A stretch of DNA of 63,414 nucleotides from a virus (Duplodnaviria; Caudoviricetes), in IMG/VR virus record IMGVR_UViG_3300045996_000494, positions 1-63,414 of that record, one strand, 5' to 3'. The first letter of the stretch is position 1; each line of letters opens with the position of its first letter. Shown here piece after piece: positions 18,485-28,480 of this stretch. A program made the translations under genes and the position numbers. Below the pieces are notes generated by a model. The model was not told where the DNA came from and searched no databases. It was given only the letters and a program-made list of their open reading frames with translations.

Positions 18485-18782
18485 TGTCCGCCACCTTTTG
18501 AAGCGAGCGCCGCCGTTTCGCTGCGATGCCGTCCACCGCACTTTTGTCGCCGGCGGCGAGCTTGATAACCGCATCTGCAAGCTCTTCCACTGAAACAACG
18601 TCCAGATCAAGGACGGGTACCGGCAGCTCTACCCGTGGCGGGGGCTCGGGCGGACGATCACCGAGGACGTATTCGCCGGGGAACCCCCCGGCCTTCAGCG
18701 CAATGAAGTCCTCCGGGGATGGCACGCTGCCGCGAGCGGTCACCCTGCCGTCTTGGTCAACCCGGTTGAAGCTGATCGACAT
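18393..18782 (-). CDS. Hypothetical protein (possible fibre assembly)
   Basis: Coupled to the upstream ORF; its 3' end overlaps the GNAT gene. Confidence 0.5.
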   Translation of the reverse strand: MSISFNRVDQDGRVTARGSVPSPEDFIALKAGGFPGEYVLGDRPPEPPPRVELPVPVLDLDVVSVEELADAVIKLAAGDKSAVDGIAAKRRRSLQKVADSGSDKRRPAQRSAGRNKAASKRRVPVQPAR

Positions 18783-18982
18783 CAGATGTCCGTTCCTGCT
18801 TTTCCAGGCTGCGCTCTAGTTCCCGCCTCTTGTTCAGGCGGCAGCGCATCGAGCATGTCGGCTATGCCGACGAGCGAATGTCGGCTTGTCCCCAATTCGC
18901 GGAGCTGCTGCGTCGTGGCATTCTGCGCCATGTGCCGGAACGCCCGCGCCACGCCCTTACGATCCGTAGTGGCCACCCTCAT
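18782..18982 (-). CDS. Hypothetical protein
   Basis: GAGGAG RBS, in operon. Confidence 0.55.
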   Translation of the reverse strand: MRVATTDRKGVARAFRHMAQNATTQQLRELGTSRHSLVGIADMLDALPPEQEAGTRAQPGKAGTDI

Positions 18983-18993
18983 TTAATCGCTCC

Positions 18994-20046
18994 TCAGATG
19001 TCCGCCTGCGCCAGCTCGACCACTTGGATGCTCATGCCTAGCGTGTACCCACTAGGGTTATCCACCCCGAACGTATGAACACCCGGCGTCAACCCAGTCA
19101 CCTCGAAGGACTTAGATGTGGGGGTGACCCCTGCGTAGAACTGGTAGGATGAGCCACCCAGGTAGTTGGAAGAAACCAACGTGTCGAGCGCGTTCATAAT
19201 CCCGAAGCCGCTGAACCCATCGATAAGGAGTTGGAACGAGCGGATGGTCAGCGTGGTGGAGAAAGGAACAGTGTGAGTTGTAAATGACACATCCGAAATC
19301 GAGACAATCACGAGGAGACGAGAGTTCGCCCGCACCGTGAGGCTAGTGCTCAGCGTAGTGCCGCTGATGACATACCCCTCGGCAAATGCACCGTTGGCAG
19401 TGGCGTTAATCCCGATCTCTTGATGGCGGATCGTAACTGGCACACTGAAGTTGAACGTGACGCCGTTGTACGCGAACACCTCCTGCGGCGTGCCGCCCGC
19501 GTAGCTAGGATCGACTAGCCTGAACTGGTTGGCGGTGAACACTATCTCGCCGACGCCGCCACTCGTCCGCATTGCCTTCATGCCGATGGACGCACCGTTG
19601 ACGGTAAGCGTCCATCCGTACGAGGCGACGTACCCCGCTGGCGCAGCCTCCGCGACCAGATACACCTGCCCCGATGCTGTACCGCCGTTAGCTGTGGCTG
19701 TGACCGTGGTGATGTCGGACGCCAGCGCAGAGTCAGCGTCAGCGCGGGCGGTCTGCTCCGCAACTACCGAAGCCTCAACATCACCCATGTCCGCTTCGAG
19801 TTGCGTCGTGCGGATCACGACAGCCTGAAGGCTGTTGGCTTGTATCTGGATTTGCTCAGTGAACCGTGCCGTCGCCTCGCCAGAGCGACGCTCAATGATC
19901 CGTAGCTGGTTGGGGAATGAGAAGGCTTGGTTCGGTCGCTGACCGGTGACCAACTCCACACTTTCCTTGAGCCGGCCCACCGTGTTGTGCAGCGACTCCA
20001 GGCTCATAGCCGGGTCAGGAATGGCAGGGTAGCTCACGTCAGGCAC
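18994..20046 (-). CDS. Tail fibre/tip protein (DUF1983-like central region)
   Basis: Coiled coil EQTARADADSALA then F.ANQFRLVDP and a beta-rich C-terminus. Confidence 0.65.
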   Translation of the reverse strand: MPDVSYPAIPDPAMSLESLHNTVGRLKESVELVTGQRPNQAFSFPNQLRIIERRSGEATARFTEQIQIQANSLQAVVIRTTQLEADMGDVEASVVAEQTARADADSALASDITTVTATANGGTASGQVYLVAEAAPAGYVASYGWTLTVNGASIGMKAMRTSGGVGEIVFTANQFRLVDPSYAGGTPQEVFAYNGVTFNFSVPVTIRHQEIGINATANGAFAEGYVISGTTLSTSLTVRANSRLLVIVSISDVSFTTHTVPFSTTLTIRSFQLLIDGFSGFGIMNALDTLVSSNYLGGSSYQFYAGVTPTSKSFEVTGLTPGVHTFGVDNPSGYTLGMSIQVVELAQADI

Positions 20047-21754
20047 TACGCAGCTCCCGCACGTTCGACGCGATCATAAACGACTGCAGCTCGGTGTTCC
20101 CAGTGAAGGTGAACCGCCACACGTCGGACTTGAAGCCAGACGGCAACTTGATCTCTTTACCGCTGGAGTACACCGGACGGCTATAGACCGTGATCCACTC
20201 CGTCGTGCCGTCGTTACCCCGCAGGGTAACGTCGATTGTAAGGCTCAAGCTCTTATCCAGAGTGTCATCGAAGTATGCCTGGAACACACTGAAGTTGGCA
20301 GGGTAGGGATAGACGAACTCCTTGGATGTCCACGTGTAGGACACACGCGCCGCGCCGGGCTGCTCCCACTCGTAAAGCTTATAGGTGCCGCTCTCGTTGG
20401 TGATCATCCACGGCTTGCCGGACCAGTACTCGATGCCGATGTTGACCGGTGTGTCAGTCGTGTCGAAGTAGCTGACCCCACGCGTCTCCGGCTTCTGCGG
20501 CCAGAACCGCAGGCCGTCGTAGCCAGGGCCGGTCCTGAGCGTGATGTACTCACCGCCCTGCGCCATCGCACGGAAGTTCCGCGCGTCGATCACGCGCCAC
20601 TGCTCGCGCGAGATCAACTCTTTCGTGACCGTGTTGATGACACCGGGCGACACCAGAACGAGCCCTTCCTCGCTGGCGTAGTAGACGCCCTCCGGCGCTG
20701 CAGCGATGGAGCCGCGACCGATGCACGGCAGCGGGGCGTCGGTTTTCTGCAGGGCCATGGCACCGGCCTTGGTGCCGGTGACAATAGACGGACGCCCAAT
20801 CGTGCAAACGACGCAGCTGTTGCCGTACACAGCGAGCCCGACGATGGGCGCGTCCACCGTCATGGTGTACTCAGCGGGCCACGCATGCGGCCGGAAATTC
20901 TCCGAGAAGTATAGGGTGTTGTCCTTCCACGTCACAAAGATGCCATTCGGCATGAGCACCAACCCCTGCGTTCCCTCGGGCGGCAGAGCGTAGCTGGTGC
21001 TCTCCAGCATGACGGATAGGTTAGTGTCGGGCGTGGTGTCGGAGTACGCCGTAGTGCCCACTAGCAGCTCGGCCACGAGGAAGAAGTCGGTCAGGCCCGA
21101 GGTAGCTGTGACGGTGCGATAAAGCCGGATCGTGCTGAAGGCGACGTAGCTCCCAGCGGCCGGCGGCTGTGGGATGTTGGTGATGTCCCAGCTGCCATTG
21201 GCGAAGCCATCGATCTCGACCGGCAGGCTCGGGGCGCTCTCCTCCCCAAAGGCGTTTGCGAACGTGACGAGATACTGGCGCGTGACGATGGGCTCACTGC
21301 CGCCTGACACGCTGCCTGTGGGAGCGCCGCTAGGCGCCGGCACGCCGAGCGTAAAGCCACCTGTATCGAGGTGGCCGGTAACCCCGTCGAGGTAATCGCG
21401 GGAGGCGTGCCGCAACCCGGCAGTCGGCGAGCCCCAGTAGTACCGCTCATAGAGATCGTTGACGAGCGGCCCGCGGTAGACCTCGGTGTTGATGTCTTGA
21501 AACTCCAGCCAGTTGGCACTGGTCAGCGGCTCGCCCGCGGGGGTGGGCATAGAGACGCCCCCTTCCGGGAGACGAAAGACCAAGTTCGTGCCAGACAGCA
21601 ACGTCTTAATCACGACATGCGAGCGGTTGCCCTGGAGATAGGCGCCGCCGTCGCAGTCGATGTTGTTGGCTAGTACGGCGGCATTATCAGGGAGCGCTCG
21701 CGAGTCCCTGATAGGCCACATCCCCGAGAAGCCGGCAAGCCGGAGGAGCCCCAT
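20039..21754 (-). CDS. Tail nozzle/stabilisation protein (tail tubular protein B-like)
   Basis: 571 aa beta-rich; YLVTFANAFGEESAPS, FSENFRPHAWP, IKLPSGFK. Confidence 0.75.
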   Translation of the reverse strand: MGLLRLAGFSGMWPIRDSRALPDNAAVLANNIDCDGGAYLQGNRSHVVIKTLLSGTNLVFRLPEGGVSMPTPAGEPLTSANWLEFQDINTEVYRGPLVNDLYERYYWGSPTAGLRHASRDYLDGVTGHLDTGGFTLGVPAPSGAPTGSVSGGSEPIVTRQYLVTFANAFGEESAPSLPVEIDGFANGSWDITNIPQPPAAGSYVAFSTIRLYRTVTATSGLTDFFLVAELLVGTTAYSDTTPDTNLSVMLESTSYALPPEGTQGLVLMPNGIFVTWKDNTLYFSENFRPHAWPAEYTMTVDAPIVGLAVYGNSCVVCTIGRPSIVTGTKAGAMALQKTDAPLPCIGRGSIAAAPEGVYYASEEGLVLVSPGVINTVTKELISREQWRVIDARNFRAMAQGGEYITLRTGPGYDGLRFWPQKPETRGVSYFDTTDTPVNIGIEYWSGKPWMITNESGTYKLYEWEQPGAARVSYTWTSKEFVYPYPANFSVFQAYFDDTLDKSLSLTIDVTLRGNDGTTEWITVYSRPVYSSGKEIKLPSGFKSDVWRFTFTGNTELQSFMIASNVRELRSA

Positions 21755-21776
21755 TGATACTCTCCCGGCTCACAGG

Positions 21777-22472
21777 TCAGCCAAGAGCTTCGGGATCGTT
21801 AATCCGCACAACTTCCTTGACGGCGGCGTCGGGGTTCGGCCCCTTGCCGTCGTGCCAGCCATCCACCACGACTTCCTTAGCGCGGGGGATTTTGTGGCGT
21901 GACACCTTCTCAGCCTTCGCTCGCGTGCGCGGCACGTGCTTCTCGTCCGGCATGCTGACGAGGCGGGTGTTGATCTTGTCCTCCGGCCAGTCACCGGCGT
22001 TGATCGGCTTCGCCTCGGTGTCGACGCCACGCTCGTTGGCGAGGACCACCGGTTGGTTGACCGCCTGAGCAGTCACCATGTCGGTCGTCAAGTCCTCAGC
22101 GCGCTTGGTGTCCACGTCGGGATGATCGAGTTCCTCGACGGCGATCTGGTGCGCCGCGGTCAAGATCGGCTCGGCGCGGTCGGCCAGATGGATGATGGCC
22201 TCCAGCTCGGTCTGAGCCTGATCGGCGACCTCGGCGCCGGCGCGGTCACGATCTACTGTGTCGATGGGCCGGAGCTGCAGCAACTCGTCGCGCCGCTTCT
22301 CGTCCTCTTTGATGACCTTGTCGGCTTCCTTGAGGCGCCGGTTGAGATCGCTCTCGTCGTGGCCGGCGGCCTTGGCCACTTCACGGAGACGGGCGCGACC
22401 GGCCTCCAGCTCTTCGCGGCGGCGCTGCTCGAAGTTTGGGGCTTCGTTGCCAGTCGGGAGGGTTGAGGACAT
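21777..22472 (-). CDS. Hypothetical charged protein
   Basis: 231 aa ORF in operon with typical codon usage. Confidence 0.65.
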   Translation of the reverse strand: MSSTLPTGNEAPNFEQRRREELEAGRARLREVAKAAGHDESDLNRRLKEADKVIKEDEKRRDELLQLRPIDTVDRDRAGAEVADQAQTELEAIIHLADRAEPILTAAHQIAVEELDHPDVDTKRAEDLTTDMVTAQAVNQPVVLANERGVDTEAKPINAGDWPEDKINTRLVSMPDEKHVPRTRAKAEKVSRHKIPRAKEVVVDGWHDGKGPNPDAAVKEVVRINDPEALG

Positions 22473-22553
22473 ATCGTAGACCCTTTCTGATGCGGTTACC
22501 CCGTGAGGTAATGCAGTTGTAGCACTTCAGGTCGGGCGCCGCAAACCTGCTGG

Positions 22554-23006
22554 CTAATCAACCAACATGAACACCAAAGCCGGAACGCCCAAGGCTGTCA
22601 CCACGGCGAGAACGGTAAAGGCAGTGCGGTAGCTGTAGTGCGACAAGAACCAGATGGCAGCCGCTGCCCCAAGAATGTTCAGAACGACTGACATGCCAAA
22701 CCAAGGCCATGTCCGCAGCCAGAACGTATAATCCCAGTCGTTTCGGATGTAGAGAAACTGCATCCACTGCAAAAACGCCCTGAGAGCGCTACCAGCAGTG
22801 AAGATGGATAGAAAAACAACGGCATAGGTGACTGGGGTGAACTCAATCTGCCCTCTAGCTGACTTTCGTAGAAGGTAGCCGACGAAGGTGATTGTTAGAA
22901 ACAAGCTAGCCCAAAACCAGACTCCTGCGCCGAGTTCACGAACCCAGACATCCCAGTTCGTGTAGATTAACTGCCCTCCTTCGAGGGCCGACTTCCCTCC
23001 TTCCAT
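22554..23006 (-). CDS. Four-TM membrane protein (lysis region, low GC)
   Basis: Four hydrophobic segments; GAGGA RBS. Confidence 0.65.
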   Translation of the reverse strand: MEGGKSALEGGQLIYTNWDVWVRELGAGVWFWASLFLTITFVGYLLRKSARGQIEFTPVTYAVVFLSIFTAGSALRAFLQWMQFLYIRNDWDYTFWLRTWPWFGMSVVLNILGAAAAIWFLSHYSYRTAFTVLAVVTALGVPALVFMLVD

Positions 23007-23191
23007 GTTTGGTCCTCTCTCATTTGCTCAACGAGCATCCTGACATAATCAGCACGACTTTGGATATTTTTCAAGTCGTGTCGGACTTCACGGTTGCGCT
23101 GGTCGATCTGCTCGATGCGATGCTCAACCGTTTTATCGGGCGAACTGAACATCCCGCAAAACAGCTGGGCGAAGAAAGATTTCCCGCCCAC
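22967..23191 (-). CDS. Small coiled-coil protein (lysis region)
   Basis: GAGG RBS, overlaps the next gene. Confidence 0.55.
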   Translation of the reverse strand: MGGKSFFAQLFCGMFSSPDKTVEHRIEQIDQRNREVRHDLKNIQSRADYVRMLVEQMREDQTWKEGSRPSKEGS

Positions 23192-23195
23192 GAGT

Positions 23196-23438
23196 TCACC
23201 TCACGAATTTGAACGCTAGAGCCACTACGGAGCTGAACAAAAGCCCCGCTGCCCCTCCCCACATCGCCGCTTGGAATTTCAGCAGGGCGATGTCCGTCCT
23301 GATTTGAGCTATGTCGTCCTGCCGGAATTGCTCGATCTTCTTGTTGATCGCTTCCACGGCTGAATTGATCCTTTCCAGCTCGGTCAGGATTAACCGTCGG
23401 TAGCCCTCCCAGGAACGGTCGCCAGCATCGTCGGGCAT
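23196..23438 (-). CDS. Holin-like protein (coiled coil plus C-terminal TM)
   Basis: 80 aa with one C-terminal TM, near the endolysin. Confidence 0.55.
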   Translation of the reverse strand: MPDDAGDRSWEGYRRLILTELERINSAVEAINKKIEQFRQDDIAQIRTDIALLKFQAAMWGGAAGLLFSSVVALAFKFVR

Positions 23439-23441
23439 GGG

Positions 23442-23579
23442 CTACTCCACGGCGTCGCTCACGTAGCTGATAGTCCCGTAGATTACGGCAAAAGCGATGA
23501 GGCTGAATGCTATAGCACCCACGACGTAAGGCCAAGCCCAAACATGGCTCCACTCGCGCAGCGGGTCGTTGTCCTTCAT
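23442..23579 (-). CDS. Single-TM small protein
   Basis: ATG overlaps the peptidase stop; preceded by the motif at 23587. Confidence 0.5.
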   Translation of the reverse strand: MKDNDPLREWSHVWAWPYVVGAIAFSLIAFAVIYGTISYVSDAVE

Positions 23580-24289
23580 CGCCGTTTTACCTCGATGGGT
23601 AACGCCACCTCGCCGTAGTCCTCGATCAGGTTCTGCACATCGGCAGCGGTGAGCCACGCCTCTCCGCCCTCACCATAGTCCAAACCCCAGCTGTTGCGAA
23701 GCTTGTATTTTCCTGGCTTGCGGGTGACGGGGTCCAGGGCGAGGCGGTTACCCCCACGTAAGATGTAAGCGTGGCCACCATAGTTCGTTCCGGTGAAGCG
23801 CGCGAAGCCAAACTCATCGATGTACGACATGTCGCGGGTCCACGTCGTACCCATAACGACTACACCCACGGTGGCGAGGTGAGCGTGCACCTCGGCAACT
23901 GTCCTCGCCCAGCGATAGCTCGTGACGTAGCCGTTGGCGACCAGCCACTTCATAGCGGCGTGGACAGACGTGCCCTCGTAGTCATTACCGACCCACTCGT
24001 CGTGGTCTTGGCACCAGTGGTAGATCGAGCCGCGCGGGATACCCTCGACTTGGTTGCGATGCGGCGAGGCTTCAAGCATCCCGCGCGTGCTGTACTCGAC
24101 GCAATGCGGGGTATTGCCCTGATCCTGCAGATCGCCGGCCGCCCAGTAGCGATAGTCGACGTTCCGCGCCGCGGTGAGAAGCTTCTTCTCGACCCGCCAG
24201 TCCTGATCCTGCCAGACTTCAGACGCGCCCTTCCGCAGCCCGTGACCGGGCATGCGGATCGCTTTGTCCTTGGGGGAGAGGTACATCAT
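23576..24289 (-). CDS. Papain-like (C1) cysteine peptidase
   Basis: DQGNTPHC (Gln/Cys), GGHA (His) and RNSWG (Asn) catalytic motifs. Confidence 0.85.
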   Translation of the reverse strand: MMYLSPKDKAIRMPGHGLRKGASEVWQDQDWRVEKKLLTAARNVDYRYWAAGDLQDQGNTPHCVEYSTRGMLEASPHRNQVEGIPRGSIYHWCQDHDEWVGNDYEGTSVHAAMKWLVANGYVTSYRWARTVAEVHAHLATVGVVVMGTTWTRDMSYIDEFGFARFTGTNYGGHAYILRGGNRLALDPVTRKPGKYKLRNSWGLDYGEGGEAWLTAADVQNLIEDYGEVALPIEVKRR

Positions 24290-25473
24290 GGCCGGCTCTC
24301 CTCCTTGGCGGCTTCGCGAGCAACCTCGACAACCTTGCCAACGGTGCCAAGTACTCCCAGGAGCGGCGACAACCTCGCCAGTCCCTGCATGATGTCGAGC
24401 ACGCTATCTGCCACGTCGTTGATCTCGTGGCGGACCTTGTTCAGTGGCAGATGATCCATCGGGACATCTTCCGGCTTCACGGTCGTCCAGCCCTGCGCGC
24501 GCTCCTCAGCGCTAAGAGGTGGCGGCCCATTAGTAGCTACGTTGGCAGCTCTATCAGCAGCCACACCAGCAGCCACATTCGAGACCGTGATGGCTGCGCG
24601 CTCCTCAGCAATCTCCTGAGACCGCTTCTCAGCTCCTCGTGTCCCAAAGGTGATGATCTGTGTTTCAGACGCCCAGCGCTTGAACCACGCCCATCCAGCT
24701 GAGGCCGCCGCGAAAGCCGCGCCTCCGAACGGCCCCATGAGTTGGTCCTTCAGCGGCAGGGCAGGATTGTAGAGCACATACGCCACCCAAGCGGCGGCCA
24801 GCGCCCCACCCATAGCTCCGGTAAACACCGGGCTCTGGAACCATGGGATAGCCGGCTTCTCGTCCGTGCCAGGAATTTTCGCCGGGACAGTGGCAGGGAC
24901 GGTACCGGGAACGGCGCCGGGGACAGACGGAGGAACGACAACGGGTGCCATGGGTTGATCCTTGTCGGTTGCCCACACAGTCGAAGGCGGAGGGTTGGCC
25001 TTGTAAAGGGCCAGAGCCTCACGCGCAGCCTTGATGCGGGGGTTGAGGTTGATCTTGGCGGGCTTCTCGAAGTAAGCCGCTACGCGCCACGTGGCGTTCT
25101 CCAGCGACTTGGATGTCTTAATCACGTCGATCAAATCGGGGCGCAGACCGGTGACGCGGCGATCCTCGATGCCGGCAAGCTCGCGATAGAGGTAGCTGTA
25201 GTTGCCCTCGTAGCTGTCCGCTGCCCAGCCCTTGCGCCTGATCCACGCCTCGAACGTCTTGCGCCGCGCCGCGGTCCACTGCGCGAAGCCGGTGCCGCCA
25301 GCCCAGCCTTTGGCCAGCGCACCATCTTCTACAATGTCATTGAAGTACGCCGACTCGGCAGCGAAGTTGCCGACGAACGCTGCAGCCTGCTCGGCTGTCA
25401 GTCCGAAGTCGTGCATAAGGTCCGCGATGAACTGTGGCGCCCACTTATTCCAGCGAGCGTATTTGTCTGCCAT
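24286..25473 (-). CDS. Endolysin: phage-tail-lysozyme-type domain with C-terminal hydrophobic helices
   Basis: GLTAEQAAAFVGNFAAES...GFAQWT..RR...FEKP; two TM-like segments after a Pro-rich linker. Confidence 0.8.
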   Translation of the reverse strand: MADKYARWNKWAPQFIADLMHDFGLTAEQAAAFVGNFAAESAYFNDIVEDGALAKGWAGGTGFAQWTAARRKTFEAWIRRKGWAADSYEGNYSYLYRELAGIEDRRVTGLRPDLIDVIKTSKSLENATWRVAAYFEKPAKINLNPRIKAAREALALYKANPPPSTVWATDKDQPMAPVVVPPSVPGAVPGTVPATVPAKIPGTDEKPAIPWFQSPVFTGAMGGALAAAWVAYVLYNPALPLKDQLMGPFGGAAFAAASAGWAWFKRWASETQIITFGTRGAEKRSQEIAEERAAITVSNVAAGVAADRAANVATNGPPPLSAEERAQGWTTVKPEDVPMDHLPLNKVRHEINDVADSVLDIMQGLARLSPLLGVLGTVGKVVEVAREAAKEESRP

Positions 25474-25494
25474 GGTTACCCTCCGAGGTTACTC

Positions 25495-27885
25495 TTACGT
25501 CAGAACGCCAGCCAGCTTCAAATCCGCAATGAGGGTTCCTAACACATCTGCCAGCTCGTCGGTAGTGGTGGCGTTGGCATCAAACGAACGGTCGGTAACC
25601 ACGTTCGCCACGCTGTAGGCGCTCGTCTGCTTCACCACAAGCGCGTCGAGCACGAAGGCCGGTGCGGAGTTGCCGAGGTAAATCCACGTCACCCCATCGG
25701 CGAGCGTCTGCGTGCCACTCATGTGAGAGGGCTCGATCGACGACGCCCCGAAGGCGACCGCGCGGTAGAAGCGCCCCGACGTGGTGCTGACAACCGTGCC
25801 CCCGCCGACCGCGCCCGCCGACCAGGGACCATCGGCGATCACGCCTGTCGTGATGCAGACCCACTCATTGACGCTCCCGGCCGCCGTCGGCGACGAGTTG
25901 AGGTAGCGCTCGCCCCGAATGTACTGGCCGACCGTCGACGGCTGCGCGTCGCGAAGGCCAAAAACCCGGATCGACGGGCTGCTGAAGGCGGTCGCATCGG
26001 CAAGCCCAAAGTCGCGGAAGATCACCCGAGCCGTGTTGTCGACCCCGGCGCCGCCGCCATAGTCGATGTCGGTCGACGGCGTGGTAAACCGCATCACATA
26101 GCGGTTCGGGTTCCCAGCGTGCCCCACCGGCTGCCAATAGATGTCCTTCCCGAGGTAGCCGAGTGATCCCCAGACACCATCACCCTCAGCACCCTTGTTC
26201 CAAGTCAGGAATGCCGGCCCGCCGGAAGCCCCGTAACCGTTGACCGGGTTCGGCCCCCCGACGCGGAGAGTGACGCTCAAGCCGTGCGTCAGATACTCGC
26301 CGCTAGTGCCCATATTGGCAAAGCTGGCGCCGTAAAGTTGGCCAGTCCCGTAGGTAGGCGTGTAGCGCGTCCACCCACCGACCCCGCCAAGCGGCGCGGC
26401 AGCGCCATGGGCCAGCACGTTGGCTCCCTCGATGTAGGAGCCAATCACCTGTGAGTAAATGCTGAAGATGAAGATCGGGATGGTCAACAGGTCATAGTTG
26501 TTTGCCGCACTCCACTCAGGAAACGAAGCATTCACACCACTGTCGCGCAAATAATACCAGATTTGATCGTTGGTCCCTGGCGTAGTCGCTGCACCAATAC
26601 CTGATGCTGAGCTAATGAGTTGGTAGTGTTTACCAAGATAGTGGACACCAAGGTTCCCATAGCCGGTGATCTGCGGCTGAATGTGCGTGTTGCCGAGCGA
26701 GGAGCCGTCGAAAATCCCGCACCCGCCAATCCCACCGACGCCATGCGTCGTGAACTTGATCGAACAACCGCCGTTGGCGTCGATGCCGGCAATAGCGAGA
26801 GAGTGGCCTCGAACCTCGTGCGCGTAACAGTTATCGAGGAACCAACCGTTTGCGTTGCCATTGTGCTCGCCGGCATGCCCCGTGACGGCGTGAATGTAGA
26901 AGCCGTAGCCGGCCGCCGCGTAGACCCCAACCCGCACGCACGTCATCGAGCAGCGGATGTTGAAGCCGTGCCGGGTGGGGTCGTAGGTCAAGACACCGGA
27001 GGCGTTGTGGCAGGTAAAGCCTTCGCAGCGCGAACCCTGCGCAGTGCCGGGGTTTTGCCCGAACGGCCAGGGGCCGCCGGTCTCGGACCCACCGTTGCCG
27101 GCGTTGTTGCTGAAGAATACGAACCAAGAGCCCGACGTGTTAGTGAAGTGAAACTGCGAGGCGGCCCCGCCGCCGAACGCATCCGGCAGATGCCCCGCCG
27201 CCCCCCTGATATAGACAATGTCCCAGACCTTGATCGTCTGGGAGATCATGTACTTGCCAAAGCCGAGCTGAATAATAGGCGAAGTATTCGCCGCCGTGTT
27301 GCCGCTTGGATCGAATTGGGTGTAGCCAATAAGGTCCATCAAAGGCTGATAGTTGTCAGTCCCAGTGGAACCGTTCCAGTCAGCCTTGCCGCCGGTCTGC
27401 TCGATACGGACGGTGCCATCAATAGGCTCGATCTCCCACCACGCCCCGTCGAGGGACTGCGCATAGACTTTGCTGGTCGGAACCGTAGGAGCGCCTGAAC
27501 GTCGCCGCAGATGGCCCCAGCCACCATCCCCCTCATTCAGGTAGCCACCGACCAAGAGGCGATCAATCGAGGCATCGATAGTCGCTCCAAGGACCGCGGC
27601 GCGCGACTCGAAATATCGTGCCTCAACAGTGCTGGCGCCGGTGAACCCGCGAGGTATCCCGAGCGCTAGCGTCTGCGCAGGCGACGTGCCGCCAATGACC
27701 GCAGTAGCTGGCTCGCCGGGATCGAGCGTGGTGACACCGGCAATGCTGAGGACATTCGGCGGGCCGGGAACTGTGCTGGTCGGCCCCACCTTACCCTGCC
27801 GGGTAACTGTCACTGGGCTGCTCGTGACCGATGCCTCGTTGCGGGTTGCGTCGAGAGTGCCAGGGAGGCGGGTACGTGGAGCCAT
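25495..27885 (-). CDS. Tailspike/receptor-binding protein (beta-helix-like)
   Basis: GAGGA RBS before the ATG at 27885; GDGG.G..DGAWWE, IEQTGGKAD and G.Y.IS motifs typical of depolymerase spikes. Confidence 0.75.
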   Translation of the reverse strand: MAPRTRLPGTLDATRNEASVTSSPVTVTRQGKVGPTSTVPGPPNVLSIAGVTTLDPGEPATAVIGGTSPAQTLALGIPRGFTGASTVEARYFESRAAVLGATIDASIDRLLVGGYLNEGDGGWGHLRRRSGAPTVPTSKVYAQSLDGAWWEIEPIDGTVRIEQTGGKADWNGSTGTDNYQPLMDLIGYTQFDPSGNTAANTSPIIQLGFGKYMISQTIKVWDIVYIRGAAGHLPDAFGGGAASQFHFTNTSGSWFVFFSNNAGNGGSETGGPWPFGQNPGTAQGSRCEGFTCHNASGVLTYDPTRHGFNIRCSMTCVRVGVYAAAGYGFYIHAVTGHAGEHNGNANGWFLDNCYAHEVRGHSLAIAGIDANGGCSIKFTTHGVGGIGGCGIFDGSSLGNTHIQPQITGYGNLGVHYLGKHYQLISSASGIGAATTPGTNDQIWYYLRDSGVNASFPEWSAANNYDLLTIPIFIFSIYSQVIGSYIEGANVLAHGAAAPLGGVGGWTRYTPTYGTGQLYGASFANMGTSGEYLTHGLSVTLRVGGPNPVNGYGASGGPAFLTWNKGAEGDGVWGSLGYLGKDIYWQPVGHAGNPNRYVMRFTTPSTDIDYGGGAGVDNTARVIFRDFGLADATAFSSPSIRVFGLRDAQPSTVGQYIRGERYLNSSPTAAGSVNEWVCITTGVIADGPWSAGAVGGGTVVSTTSGRFYRAVAFGASSIEPSHMSGTQTLADGVTWIYLGNSAPAFVLDALVVKQTSAYSVANVVTDRSFDANATTTDELADVLGTLIADLKLAGVLT

Positions 27886-27895
27886 GTCGGTCCTC

Positions 27896-28480
27896 TTAGC
27901 GGCCGAAGCCGGGGAAGCGCCACAGCTGAGCGTTACGAACATCACCTGTCTCGGCAGCGCGCCGCGCGACCGCACACTCGGCCTTGTAGACCCGTTGGTG
28001 ATACGCAGCGAGCTGCGGATTGGAATACGGCTTGGCGGGCTGAACCATCATCATCGCCAGCACACCGTTGACAAACGCCTTGTGGTGTTTCGACCACATG
28101 TCGGCGGGGATCAAGTTCTCAATGTCGGAGCCGGTGTTGATGGCCGGCGCGAGCGCTACGACGGTGTTCAAGTCTCCAGCTGCCACGTCGGCCGCGGAGG
28201 GCGCCGTGTAGAGCGTGATCGTGCCGAACTCGTACGCCACACCTGTCAGGTCGAGCGTGTCATGGTCAACGCTCAACGCCGCAACGATCTCGGTGCCAAC
28301 CGGCGTGATAGCGTAAGTGTCCTCGCCTGCAGTCAGCGTCGTCTGAATAGTCTCGCGCCACGCCCACGACTCCCGGCAGAAGTCGTTCAGCATGTTCCAG
28401 ATTTCGAGCCGAAGAAGGTTGATCGTTGAGCCGACCAGCTTGACCTGTAGCTCATTCACGAGGCGGTCTGAGAGGGCCAT
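27896..28480 (-). CDS. Head-tail adaptor (tail tubular protein A-like)
   Basis: FCRES.AWRE...PAKPYSNPQLAAYH; follows the capsid module. Confidence 0.7.
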   Translation of the reverse strand: MALSDRLVNELQVKLVGSTINLLRLEIWNMLNDFCRESWAWRETIQTTLTAGEDTYAITPVGTEIVAALSVDHDTLDLTGVAYEFGTITLYTAPSAADVAAGDLNTVVALAPAINTGSDIENLIPADMWSKHHKAFVNGVLAMMMVQPAKPYSNPQLAAYHQRVYKAECAVARRAAETGDVRNAQLWRFPGFGR

